Of a stretch of DNA of 64,000 bases, positions 10,948-21,667 are shown piece by piece. Numbering within the stretch: the stretch's first letter is position 1; every line of letters begins with the position of its first letter. The position numbers and the translations under genes are program-made. Source of the stretch: Bdellovibrionales bacterium (GTDB lineage: Bacteria; Bdellovibrionota; Bdellovibrionia; Bdellovibrionales; JAGQZY01); the NCBI GenBank assembly GCA_964230645.1, contig CAXRHT010000002.1, positions 1,024,001 to 1,088,000 on the forward strand. The letters run 5' to 3'. The notes beneath the pieces are model-generated. The model was not told the origin of the DNA. It ran no database searches and saw only the letters and a program-made list of their open reading frames with translations.

Positions 10948-11255
10948 ACAGAATCCTTACGGAAAAGTATTGGCTTGAAAAATTTTTATACAATTCAGAG
11001 CTGTATATTTTTCAAAGTTTAAATTTTCTTCATTCGTCACGTGTGTTTAGCGACTACTGGTATGTGAAATTTTTATGATGACCTCGATCGAGAGTGAAAT
11101 CGAGTCGCTTCAGAACCTAAAGTCGCTATCAGTAAACAGCGCCCTTTCGACGCCCCGAGTTGAAGTCTTTTGCATACTCTATTGAGGGAGCCTTTGATAG
11201 GATAGCTCTACTATGTGTCACTCGACCACCTTCATTCGAAGAGCCACCTTATAAG

Positions 11256-12305
11256 ATGACTTTACTTTTTACCTATCTTTTCCTAGCCGTTTTTATTTCT
11301 TTCATGTGTTCTCTGTTTGAGGCTGTGATTTTAAGTGTCTCTCCTAGCTTTATCGGCACAGAAGCTAAAGAGGGAAAAAAGTACGCTCGTGTTCTCGGCG
11401 GACTTAAAGAGAACATCGATCGCCCTTTAGCGGCCATTCTCACTCTCAACACAATAGCCCACACCGTGGGAGCCGCAGGAGTCGGCTCTGAGGTCAATAA
11501 GATCTACGGCGATCAATACGTTGCCATAGCCTCAGCTCTCCTTACATTGATCGTCCTTGTTTTCTCAGAGATCATTCCGAAAACATTGGGAGCTTCTAAC
11601 TGGAAACGCTTTGCTCCCTTAACGGCCTATTCTATTCGCTTAATGATACTTGTGCTTTATCCCTTAGTGTTCTTGATGGAGAAAATTTCGGACTTGGTGG
11701 GTGGTGAAGATCAAACCATGTTCACCAGGGAGGAAATGATTGCCACAGCTGAAATTGGGGTGGGGCATGGAGCTCTTAAGAAAAAAGAATCGAATATCAT
11801 TCGAAATCTTCTTATGCTCGATAACATCTTCGTATACGACATTATGACTCCTCGATCTGTGCTTATGGCTTTACCCTCTGAAATGACAGTGGAAGAAGTG
11901 ATTGAGCAGCACAAACCCATTCGCTATTCACGCATCCCGGTCTACGGTGAGAATATGGATGAAATCGAGGGGGTGGTCCACCGCTATCAGATTCTTGAGG
12001 CCTCCAGTAATGATTTGGACAAAAGAAAACTGAACGAAATGATGACGGGACTCCATAGTGTGCCCGAAGACATTTCTGTTTCCGCCTGCCTTGATCAGTT
12101 GATCCACCGAAATGACCACATCTTTCTAGTTGTCGATGATTATGGTTCGACCATGGGCATTGTAACTCTTGAAGATGCTATTGAAACTCTTCTGGGAGTG
12201 GAAATTGTGGATGAATTCGATTCTGTCGCTGACCTTAGAGCCTACGCCCTTGAGCAGTGGAAAAAGCGTAAACAAGAACGAGCTGTTGGCAAGTTCGGGA
12301 ATTAA
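11256..12305 (+). CDS. CNNM/CorC-HlyC family membrane protein (DUF21 + CBS pair)
   Basis: SFMCSLFEA, ILTLNTIAHTVGA, SEIIPKT, MTPR, YSRIPV, VVDDYG...GIVTLEDAIE; start reassigned to M33. Confidence 0.9.
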   Translation: MTLLFTYLFLAVFISFMCSLFEAVILSVSPSFIGTEAKEGKKYARVLGGLKENIDRPLAAILTLNTIAHTVGAAGVGSEVNKIYGDQYVAIASALLTLIVLVFSEIIPKTLGASNWKRFAPLTAYSIRLMILVLYPLVFLMEKISDLVGGEDQTMFTREEMIATAEIGVGHGALKKKESNIIRNLLMLDNIFVYDIMTPRSVLMALPSEMTVEEVIEQHKPIRYSRIPVYGENMDEIEGVVHRYQILEASSNDLDKRKLNEMMTGLHSVPEDISVSACLDQLIHRNDHIFLVVDDYGSTMGIVTLEDAIETLLGVEIVDEFDSVADLRAYALEQWKKRKQERAVGKFGN

Positions 12306-12311
12306 ACGCAC

Positions 12312-12632
12312 ATGAGTTCTGAACTAAGATTATTTTACGTTCCGGTTTCCTCCCAAGACAAAGCCAAAGAGATGGCCTCACTTCTTCTCAAAGAAAACCT
12401 GATTGCCTGCGCTAATATTTTTCAACCCCACCTTGCAATTTATCGGTGGGAAGGACGAGTGGAAACAGAAGCGGAAGTCGTTATGATTTTAAAAACGGGA
12501 GACGCTAAGGCTGGAAAATTAAAAGAGCGCCTACATGAGGTTCATCCCTACGATTGTCCTTGCCTGATCGAAATCAAACCAGAGTCAGTGAACAAAGACT
12601 TTATGAACTGGGTAAATGAGCAGATCCAGTAG
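12312..12632 (+). CDS. cutA: Divalent-cation tolerance protein CutA
   Basis: LIACANI, YRWEG, E..MILKT, HPYDCP, C-terminal W. Confidence 0.92.
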   Translation: MSSELRLFYVPVSSQDKAKEMASLLLKENLIACANIFQPHLAIYRWEGRVETEAEVVMILKTGDAKAGKLKERLHEVHPYDCPCLIEIKPESVNKDFMNWVNEQIQ

Positions 12633-12854
12633 GCTTGTGTTTAGTTTTTTTCACAACTTAAATCGCCTGTCTCTCTATTCGAGCAAAATTAAAAACTAAA
12701 AATCAATAAAGGAATAAATCGGCCTTACGCACAGGGCGAGCAATTGTACCCTCATCTATTCTTTGGAATACTTGCACCCTATTGGCTTGTCACTTTTGGG
12801 TCAGAAGAAATCGGCATTTGATTCTTTAAAATGTGAGACCTGAAAGAGACTTAA

Positions 12855-13997
<1,143 letters not shown>

Positions 13998-14068
13998 GAC
14001 TTCTCCCCTCTCAGAGTTTTCATTGAGAGGGGTGTACCCTCTATTAATTCTAACTAGGAGAATGTCCT

Positions 14069-14890
14069 TTGAAACCTACAAAAACTCATAAATGCTTTGC
14101 CGGTGAAACTCAATTTTATGAACATGACTCTGACTTAACCAAAACAAAGATGAAGTTTGCCGTTTATAAACCTGAAAAGGAGATCCGTGGTGGCCTGATC
14201 TGGCTTTCCGGACTCACTTGCAATGAGCAAAACTTTATCACCAAGGCTGGGGCTCAGAAGATTTTAAGTGATTTAGGAATTTGTCTCATCTGCCCGGACA
14301 CCTCTCCTCGAGGTTTAGATTTAGCAAAAGAACATGAGGATTATGACTTTGGCTCCGGAGCGGGTTTTTATATCAACGCAGAAACTTCGGGGTACTCTGA
14401 TCACTACCAAATGGAAGATTATATTAATGAAGAAATTTATACCCTCTTTAATGAACACATCAATACCAGTAAAAAGACCTCCCTTTTTGGTCATTCGATG
14501 GGCGGTCATGGAGCTCTTACACTCGGATTGAAAAAACCAGACCAATATTTGTCTCTTTCGGCCTTCTCTCCGATCACTCATCCCACCCAGTGCCAATGGG
14601 GAGAAAAAGCCTTCACTGGTTATCTTGGTGACAATAAGGACGAGTGGAAAAAACATGACGCCACAGAACTGATCAAAGATGGAAAAAAACACCCCAATCC
14701 GATTCTTATCGATCAGGGCCTGAATGACGAGTTTTATCCCGATCAGTTACTCACCGAAGATTTTGAAAAAGCTTGTCAGGAAATGGGACAAAGCTTACAA
14801 AGCAGCAAGCACAAAGGCTTTGATCACTCTTATTATTTTATATCGACATTCGTTGAAAAACATATTCAGTTTCACAGTGAATTCTTTTGA
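14069..14890 (+). CDS. frmB: S-formylglutathione hydrolase
   Basis: WLSGLTC, PDTSPRG, GAGFY, GHSMGGHG, DHSYYF; TTG start with GGAG RBS; follows frmA. Confidence 0.95.
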   Translation: MKPTKTHKCFAGETQFYEHDSDLTKTKMKFAVYKPEKEIRGGLIWLSGLTCNEQNFITKAGAQKILSDLGICLICPDTSPRGLDLAKEHEDYDFGSGAGFYINAETSGYSDHYQMEDYINEEIYTLFNEHINTSKKTSLFGHSMGGHGALTLGLKKPDQYLSLSAFSPITHPTQCQWGEKAFTGYLGDNKDEWKKHDATELIKDGKKHPNPILIDQGLNDEFYPDQLLTEDFEKACQEMGQSLQSSKHKGFDHSYYFISTFVEKHIQFHSEFF

Positions 14891-14904
14891 AAGGAAAGAA
14901 ATCA

Positions 14905-15426
14905 ATGAAAAAAGATTTAGCTAAAAAAGTTTTTGATGTCGCTCACCTGACCGGTGAATTTCTACTCCGATCCGGTCAAACCTCGAATGAATATTTTGAT
15001 AAATACCAATTTGAAGCCAGACCTGAAATCCTTGATACCATTGCCTCGGAGTTGGTCCACTGCCTTCCCGATGACTATGATCTTTTGGGTGCTATGGAAA
15101 TGGGAGGAATTCCCATTGCAACAGCTCTTTCTCTAAAAACGGGAAAACCCATGGTCTTCATTCGTAAAGAAGCCAAAGAGTATGGGACTTGCAAGTTTGC
15201 CGAAGGACCCGATATTAAAAATAAGAAAATTTGCCTTGTGGAAGATGTCATTACCACAGGGGGACAAGTGGTAATCTCAACTGAAATGCTTCGTAAAGAA
15301 GGCGCGCAAATTACCGATGTGGTTGCTGTGATCGACCGCAGCCAAGGCGATCATTCAAAGCTTAAAAAGGCGGACTTAAGGCTCAAAGCGCTTTTCACGA
15401 TGGCGGAACTTAAAGAGCAAGCCTAA
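14905..15426 (+). CDS. pyrE: Orotate phosphoribosyltransferase
   Basis: GEFLLRSG..S..YFDK, RKEAKEYG, PRPP loop VEDVITTGG. Confidence 0.92.
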   Translation: MKKDLAKKVFDVAHLTGEFLLRSGQTSNEYFDKYQFEARPEILDTIASELVHCLPDDYDLLGAMEMGGIPIATALSLKTGKPMVFIRKEAKEYGTCKFAEGPDIKNKKICLVEDVITTGGQVVISTEMLRKEGAQITDVVAVIDRSQGDHSKLKKADLRLKALFTMAELKEQA

Positions 15427-15515
15427 GAACTTTAAAGAGCTACATATAATTTACAAGCGCCCTTTCTCCCTCCCCTTTTTACTTCTATATTCGTGGATAA
15501 AAGGGGACAAACATT

Positions 15516-16658
15516 ATGAAGACACTGATCGTTATATTGGGACTCGTAACGACCATCAACTCTTGGGCCGCTGAAAGCTTACAAAATGAAATCGCATCGA
15601 TTGTAGAAAAGCATAAAACACGTGGTGGATTTCAAGGAAATATCGAAGTTCGCTTAGATGGCGAGAGCATTTATCAAGAAAGTCATGGTTACGCCAACTT
15701 GGCCTTCCAAGTGCCTCACGATTCTCGTTCCCGTTTTATGATTGCCTCTGTGAGCAAATCCTTTACCGCCGCTTTGATTTTAAAACTCCACGAACTGGAT
15801 ATTATCGATATCAACGCCCCCTATAGTGATTATGTGGATTTGCCAAGAAGAACCAATGAGGAAAACAGCGCTCACTGGAATAACTTTAAAATTACTGACC
15901 TTCTCAGTCATCAGGCCAATCTCATCCGTGATGTAAAACAATCAGAATTTTATACCAACGAAATGTATCAGCCCATGATTTCCATTATTGTGGGAGAAAT
16001 GATGGAAAATCATGATGTCTTCTTTGAAAACCCAGAACGATTGAGTCACTACTCAAACTTAGGCTACGTGCTATTAGCCTACCTTGCTCAAGAAGTGACT
16101 GGCAAAAATTATCATGAAGCTCTTGATGAGTACGTGTTGGAACCACTCGATCTAAAGTCAACTGGCCAATATCACCGTATGTTCGCAATTGGTTGGATGG
16201 CTGATGGATATGTCATTCCAGAAAGTGGTCGAGACTCAATGAGAAAGAGATGCTGTTTTGACACCACCTCTTTTGTTGGTTCCCATAGTCTTTATTCGGA
16301 CAGCTCTGACCTATTTGTTTGGTTACAGACTCTTATGGGTGAGAATGACTTTTTGACCTCTCAGAGTTTAGAGAGACTTCAACAGGCTGTCGCACCTGTA
16401 GCCTACAGTGAGAACCTTTCCTATGGCTTTGGTGTTTTTGTAGACGAAGTCTTGGGATACAAAAGAGTTTGGCACGATGGTTTTGAGAGCGGTTATCTAA
16501 GCTTGATTAGCGCCGTTGAGGCCATTGACTTAAAAATCGTAATCCTTGGAAACCGTCACAACCAAAATGTCTATTTCGGCCAGTTCTACACCCAGGAGAT
16601 GAACGACGAAATCTCCGAGGCTGTGATCCGCTGGAATAACCAGCGCTTGCAAGAATAA
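15516..16658 (+). CDS. Secreted serine hydrolase, beta-lactamase-like family
   Basis: Signal peptide, IASVSK (SxxK), LLSH, YSNLGY, HDG. Confidence 0.88.
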   Translation: MKTLIVILGLVTTINSWAAESLQNEIASIVEKHKTRGGFQGNIEVRLDGESIYQESHGYANLAFQVPHDSRSRFMIASVSKSFTAALILKLHELDIIDINAPYSDYVDLPRRTNEENSAHWNNFKITDLLSHQANLIRDVKQSEFYTNEMYQPMISIIVGEMMENHDVFFENPERLSHYSNLGYVLLAYLAQEVTGKNYHEALDEYVLEPLDLKSTGQYHRMFAIGWMADGYVIPESGRDSMRKRCCFDTTSFVGSHSLYSDSSDLFVWLQTLMGENDFLTSQSLERLQQAVAPVAYSENLSYGFGVFVDEVLGYKRVWHDGFESGYLSLISAVEAIDLKIVILGNRHNQNVYFGQFYTQEMNDEISEAVIRWNNQRLQE

Positions 16659-17996
16659 TTACTTGAGTCCGTAGGCCACAATGGTGTCCGCAAGCTTATT
16701 GAAGGAATATATGTTAGCTCCCTTTTTATAAGGAATCTTGCGGCCATCCACCTTAATATTTTCCAAACAATTTCGGTGAATTCTTTTCATAATATCTTGT
16801 AGCTTTTGATCCACTTCTTCAAGGTCCCAATTAAGGTGAGTCGAGTTTTGTGATCGCTCCAGTCCTGAAACAGCCACTCCTCCAGCATTTGAAGCCTTAC
16901 CGGGAGCATAAATAACATCGGAGTCAGCAATATTATTGAGCGCCTTATCGGTCAGAGGCATATTAGCGCCTTCAAGAAGGATCATGGGGTCGTATTTAAG
17001 GATCTCTTTTGAATCTTCAAAGTTCACTTCATTCTGGGTAGCGCAAGGGATGAGAATGTCAGCCTCAACACCCCAAGGTTTCTTACCAGCAAAGTACTCT
17101 TGGTTATTATTCTCACACCATTCTTCAAGGGTCTGTTTGCCTTCAAGCTTTGCTTTCTTAATGCTTTCAAGTTGCTCTTCATTGATACCCTCTTTACAGT
17201 AAAGCGTACCTTTCGAATCAGAAACCGTAAGAACTTTCATTTTCATTTCAATGGCTTTTTGGGCAGCGTAAAGAGCTACATTACCAGCCCCTGATATAGT
17301 GACTTTTTTCCCTTCACCTTTTTCTTCAATCTGCTCCAAGATCTCATTGAGAAAATAAATCACGCCATAACCAGTGGCTTCTTTCCTACCACAGCTACCA
17401 CCAAAGGTTGGACTCTTACCAGTAATGGCTCCTACAAAGGTGTTTGTGATCTTTAAATACTGTCCGAATAGGAAACCCACTTCTTTTTCACCCACACCAA
17501 TATCGCCGGCTGGCACATCCTCATGAGGACCAATATGGCGAAAAAGTTCGTTCATAAAGGCGTGACAAAAGTTTCGAATTTCTTTGTCTGATTTGCCCTT
17601 GGGGTTGAAGTCAGCACCGCCTTTAGCACCCCCCATCTGCATATCGGTCAGCGAATTTTTAAAGCACTGTTCAAAACCTAAGAACTTTAAAACCGATTCA
17701 TTGACTGAGGGGTGGAATCGGAGTCCACCTTTATAAGGGCCTAAGCTATTGTTGTACTGCACTCGCCAGCCGCGATTCACCTGAACATTTCCCTGATCAT
17801 CCAACCACGAAACTCTGAAACGAAGAGTGCGATCAGGCTCGGTGAGAACCTTTAAAACTTCAGCCTCTTTATACTTAGAATTGCTCTCGTAGGTTTCTTG
17901 AATATCATCAAAAACCTCTTTGACTGCCTGCTGAAATTCTGTGTCGTAGGGGTGATAGTGACTTAAGTTCTCTATTACTTCATTGAATGAGCTCAT
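16659..17996 (-). CDS. gdhA: NADP-specific glutamate dehydrogenase
   Basis: GPYKGGLRFHP, GGAKGG, VPAGDIGVG, EATGYG, PCATQNE, EGANMP, PGKASNAGGVAVSGLE. Confidence 0.95.
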   Translation of the reverse strand: MSSFNEVIENLSHYHPYDTEFQQAVKEVFDDIQETYESNSKYKEAEVLKVLTEPDRTLRFRVSWLDDQGNVQVNRGWRVQYNNSLGPYKGGLRFHPSVNESVLKFLGFEQCFKNSLTDMQMGGAKGGADFNPKGKSDKEIRNFCHAFMNELFRHIGPHEDVPAGDIGVGEKEVGFLFGQYLKITNTFVGAITGKSPTFGGSCGRKEATGYGVIYFLNEILEQIEEKGEGKKVTISGAGNVALYAAQKAIEMKMKVLTVSDSKGTLYCKEGINEEQLESIKKAKLEGKQTLEEWCENNNQEYFAGKKPWGVEADILIPCATQNEVNFEDSKEILKYDPMILLEGANMPLTDKALNNIADSDVIYAPGKASNAGGVAVSGLERSQNSTHLNWDLEEVDQKLQDIMKRIHRNCLENIKVDGRKIPYKKGANIYSFNKLADTIVAYGLK

Positions 17997-18117
17997 ATTC
18001 CCTCTATGTTCGAGTTTCTGGAACAGGCTAACAGAAGGACCTAGGGGCGGTCATGGCTCGATTGAATTATGAAAAAAATTAAACAAAGTGTGAACAAAAA
18101 TAGATTTGGGATAGAGG

Positions 18118-18142
18118 CCGCTCTCGCCGAGCCAGAGCGGCT
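18118..18142. terminator. GC-rich hairpin just downstream of the methyltransferase stop
   Basis: GCCGCTCT...AGAGCGGC stem with a T-run on the plus side only. Confidence 0.45.
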
Positions 18143-18148
18143 TTTGAA

Positions 18149-18982
18149 TTATTTCTCGGCCACAATATAGGCGATCCAACTTTCACAGTCCTCGCCTTTG
18201 GTGACCCGTTTAAATTCGCCGTCACCTTCGCCGTCCTCATCTGTTCCTTCCCAATAGACGTGAACATTTTTAAATCCCACCTCTTCAAGAATTTCTTTAA
18301 CCTCGGGGATGGAATAGAGTCTCCAGTCATAGGTGAAGGCTCGCTTCATTTTTTTCTCACCTTTTGGTTTGAAATGAATGTAAAACATAGCCTCGTTAGT
18401 CACAGGGTCAAAAGAGTCCTGGTCCCAAAAATAACTGAAACCATCATGCTCGGTTTCCTCTTCGTTGGGCTCGTAGCACTCGGAACCACCGAAGATATCT
18501 AAAATAAAAATCCCGTCATCGTTCAGTCCACCGAGAACGTTTTTAAAGTAATCAGCCAAAGTTTTTCTTTGTTTGAAAATAAAGTAGCTAAAGTTGCAAG
18601 CAGCAATGATATCGGCATTAGGAAGCTCGGGATCAAGGACGTTACCCTCTTGAATATCAACCCTTTCGATTTGCTGATCTTTAAGTTTTGGAAGATAGTG
18701 CTCCTTGCCGTAGGCAATGGGCTCTGGATCAAGATCAACCCCAAAAGCTTTAAACGAGTCATTCAGTTTTACCCACTCACAACTCAATTTAAAAGTTCCA
18801 CAAAAATCCTCACGAAAAGTTTCTGGCTTTTTATCTTTCAGCTCTTTGTAGGTGTCTCGAAAGAATTTTACGTCAACGTCAGCCGATTGGACCGATTTAT
18901 TGTAGTAGTAATACTTGTCGTGATTGCCACCCTTTTTATTTTTTTTATTTTTACCGGACCCTTTACCCTCATGGGATTTCAT
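18149..18982 (-). CDS. Class I SAM-dependent methyltransferase
   Basis: REDFCGT motif I variant, GVDLD, NFSYF, LDIFGG, YDWRLY. Start at M12 overlaps the E1-beta stop. Confidence 0.82.
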   Translation of the reverse strand: MKSHEGKGSGKNKKNKKGGNHDKYYYYNKSVQSADVDVKFFRDTYKELKDKKPETFREDFCGTFKLSCEWVKLNDSFKAFGVDLDPEPIAYGKEHYLPKLKDQQIERVDIQEGNVLDPELPNADIIAACNFSYFIFKQRKTLADYFKNVLGGLNDDGIFILDIFGGSECYEPNEEETEHDGFSYFWDQDSFDPVTNEAMFYIHFKPKGEKKMKRAFTYDWRLYSIPEVKEILEEVGFKNVHVYWEGTDEDGEGDGEFKRVTKGEDCESWIAYIVAEK

Positions 18983-20027
18983 TAAGTACGTCAAGTGCTG
19001 CCTCCTTGATATCATGGCTCTGTGGCACAGTGTTTTCTTCTAGTTCCGCGTGTAACCCAATTCCTGGTAGATTTTTAGCTGCCAGAACTCGAGGTCTCGC
19101 CATAAGTTCGTAAAAAAGTTCTTGGGTCACGCGGTAGCTAAGGTGCTCGGCAAAGTTTGTCACCTCAGTGTCCTCATTCACGAAAAGAACTTTTTTAGTT
19201 TTCTCTATGGACTTTTTAATACATTGCCAATCGTATGGATAAAGGGAGCGCAAATCAATGACTTCTATGCTTTTGTTCTTTTCCTTTTTTATTTGATCAG
19301 CCACCTGGTTAGCCATAAGGACGTGACGCCCATACGTGACCAGAGTGAGATCCTCTCCTTCTCGGGTGATTTTAGCTTTACCAATTTCGATACTAGCGTC
19401 TTTTACTTTCGGCCATTTAGGCTTCCATTTAGAACGGTCTCCAAGGGGAGCATCAATCATGGATTTAAGCTCTTTTTCTGACTTGGGTTCGCCCGGAATA
19501 AGTTCTTCGCCGCGCACTCTCAATAAAGCTTTGGGCTTTAAGAAAAGGACGGGGTCTGGGTCTTTGATCGCCGAGAGTAAAAGCCCATAGGCATCAATAG
19601 GAGTCGAGGGCATCACAATTTTCCATCCTGGCATTCGAGTGGCCCACGCATCAAAACTATGGGAGTGATAAATAGATCCACGAATTCCCGCTCCAACAGG
19701 AGTCATGACTGTGAGTGGTAAATTGTAATTTCCGTTACAAGCCCACTGAGTGTTTCCGGCCATTTTTAATAAATCGATGGTATTAAATATATAATCACAG
19801 AACTGAATCTCGGCCACACATTTATCACCTGCAAGGGCAATACCCATTGCCGCTCCAATGATCCCTCTTTCATCAAGGGGTGTATTCCAAGCACACTCAA
19901 CTCCTTGAGTCGCTGTGAAAACTCCTCCCATGGGAGCTCCCACATCTTCACCAAAGACGTCGGTGAGCTGAAGGTTTTCTTGTGCAAAATTTAAAGCCAT
20001 ACGAATGGATTGTGCCATATTTGCCAT
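18969..20027 (-). CDS. 2-oxoacid dehydrogenase E1 beta subunit (probably branched-chain)
   Basis: FGEDVG, GGVFTAT, NTPLDERGI, AEIQFCDY, HSHS, IEVIDLRSL. Confidence 0.92.
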   Translation of the reverse strand: MANMAQSIRMALNFAQENLQLTDVFGEDVGAPMGGVFTATQGVECAWNTPLDERGIIGAAMGIALAGDKCVAEIQFCDYIFNTIDLLKMAGNTQWACNGNYNLPLTVMTPVGAGIRGSIYHSHSFDAWATRMPGWKIVMPSTPIDAYGLLLSAIKDPDPVLFLKPKALLRVRGEELIPGEPKSEKELKSMIDAPLGDRSKWKPKWPKVKDASIEIGKAKITREGEDLTLVTYGRHVLMANQVADQIKKEKNKSIEVIDLRSLYPYDWQCIKKSIEKTKKVLFVNEDTEVTNFAEHLSYRVTQELFYELMARPRVLAAKNLPGIGLHAELEENTVPQSHDIKEAALDVLNEIP

Positions 20028-21250
20028 TAGAATTTCCTCCAGTCTGCATTTTCATTGTTTGAATAAGTATGATCCCAAAGTGTGTCGGACTTTGGAGCCG
20101 CTTCTGTACTGACTATATCAGCGAGCTTTTTGATGGCATCAAAGTGTTCATCCCACATTTTCTGAGCCTTCTGGCTTGTGAGCACACCTTGATCGATGAG
20201 CTTTTTACGAAAAGTTTCTAAGCAGCACTCCTCGCCTTCAATGCGGTTGGCCCCTGAAGCGGAGGAGTGACCGTAAAGTCTAGAAACTTCAAATTCAGCC
20301 ACCACCGGCTTTCCCGTTTTGCGAATGTATTCAAGATCATCCTGAATTCCTAAGTAGGACTCCACGGGATCGTTGCCGTTATAAACACGTGTTCTCATTC
20401 CAAAGGCTTTCCCTCGGTCAGAGACATGCTCCTCTCCATGTTGGGTGTCGTAGCTTGTGGAAATTCCCCAGCGGTTGTTTTGAATGGTTATATACATCGG
20501 GAGCTCAAAACCGGGACGTGAAGCCCAGATGAGGCTACTTGCAAAATCACCTTCAGCACTGCCAGCATCTCCACCAGTGATTATGGAAACACCTTTGGTT
20601 TTATGTCTTCTTTGAGAAATCGCCGTTCCGATTCCAACAGAGTATTGCACTTCAATCGGTGAGGAAACGGGCACCACATTCCACTGAGGATAGCAGTAGT
20701 GATTGGAAAAGTTTCTTCCACCTGTGCTTGGGTCCGTCGCTTTATTCATTATAAGGCGAAGTGCGTCCGCAGGATCCATTCCTAAGGCGAGAAGAGTGGG
20801 AGTGCCGCGATAGTGCAAATGCCAGTAGTCATACTTGGGGCCTTGCCCTCTTTTACCTAGAAGACCGAGGGGCACACCAAAAGCTTCTTCACCAGGCGCC
20901 CCAATCCAAAAATAAGCCCCCCCTTTTCGATAAACAGAGATCATGCGCTCTTCAAGAACGCGAGACTTCACCATCAAATCGTAAATTTTTAGCAAAAGAG
21001 ATTTATCAAGCTTTAGGGATCGGCCCATCACTTTTTGTCTATTGCCGGATTTTGATTTCTTACTAGATGTCGACTTTTTTTGTGTCTTTTTCTTTGTCGC
21101 TGATTTTTTGGTGGTTTTTTTAGCCGAAGATTTTTTAGGTTGAGACGATTTCTTCTTTTTGGCGCTCACCTTTTTTTGAGTCTTCTTTTTTGTTTTTTTG
21201 GACCGGGATTTTTTCCCCGACTTTTCGCTACTAGTCGATGTACTTGCCAT
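20027..21250 (-). CDS. 2-oxoacid dehydrogenase E1 alpha subunit with Lys/Ser-rich N-terminal extension
   Basis: GEEA, HYR, ThDP motif GDA...QNN, RLYGHSS; the first ~70 aa are low-complexity K/S; TAATG coupling to beta. Confidence 0.92.
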   Translation of the reverse strand: MASTSTSSEKSGKKSRSKKTKKKTQKKVSAKKKKSSQPKKSSAKKTTKKSATKKKTQKKSTSSKKSKSGNRQKVMGRSLKLDKSLLLKIYDLMVKSRVLEERMISVYRKGGAYFWIGAPGEEAFGVPLGLLGKRGQGPKYDYWHLHYRGTPTLLALGMDPADALRLIMNKATDPSTGGRNFSNHYCYPQWNVVPVSSPIEVQYSVGIGTAISQRRHKTKGVSIITGGDAGSAEGDFASSLIWASRPGFELPMYITIQNNRWGISTSYDTQHGEEHVSDRGKAFGMRTRVYNGNDPVESYLGIQDDLEYIRKTGKPVVAEFEVSRLYGHSSASGANRIEGEECCLETFRKKLIDQGVLTSQKAQKMWDEHFDAIKKLADIVSTEAAPKSDTLWDHTYSNNENADWRKF

Positions 21251-21558
21251 ATTGAACCCCTCTCTTGTTCCACTTGGACTCTTATCCGACTGTTAGTCAT
21301 TTCCAGCTTAAATTTAGGGCGGACAAGGGTCTTCCGTTTTGGACTCAAGTTTTCTCACAAGAGGCCCTATTATCAAAGGTTTAAGGTGGTATTTTCAGGC
21401 AGATAACGCCTAGCAAAATCCCTAATTCAACCCACTTCGCGATAAACGACTGAAGATTGCCTGCGCGAGCGGCATTTGGGGTTTCTTGAAGGCGCAATCC
21501 TCCCAATCACAGGAGATATCCTTATTTCTCACAATGAAACGGAGTCGATGGTTGAGTT

Positions 21559-21585
21559 TTAATTTTCCACCTGAAAAACCGATAA
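21559..21585 (+). promoter_or_regulatory. Putative sigma28 (FliA) promoter
   Basis: TTAA-N15-ACCGATAA upstream of the 21668 gene (consensus TAAA-N15-GCCGATAA). Confidence 0.55.
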
Positions 21586-21667
21586 ATAGCCTGTGGTGAG
21601 TTGGATTTTGGCTGTGCAGTGCCCCCACCAGAAGGGGATAAATTGAGAAACTGAAAAGGGGAACTCA

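Noticed and set aside
12727..12760. ACGCACAGGGC matches the 5' end of the Vc2 c-di-GMP-I riboswitch
   Set aside because: The following AAACC, GNRA tetraloop and GGGACGCAAAGC core are missing, and the two-stem fold cannot be built.
12740..12790. FrmR/CsoR-type operator upstream of frmA (TGTACCCTC, TGCACCCT)
   Set aside because: No TAC-(C/G tract)-GTA palindrome and no frmR gene nearby.
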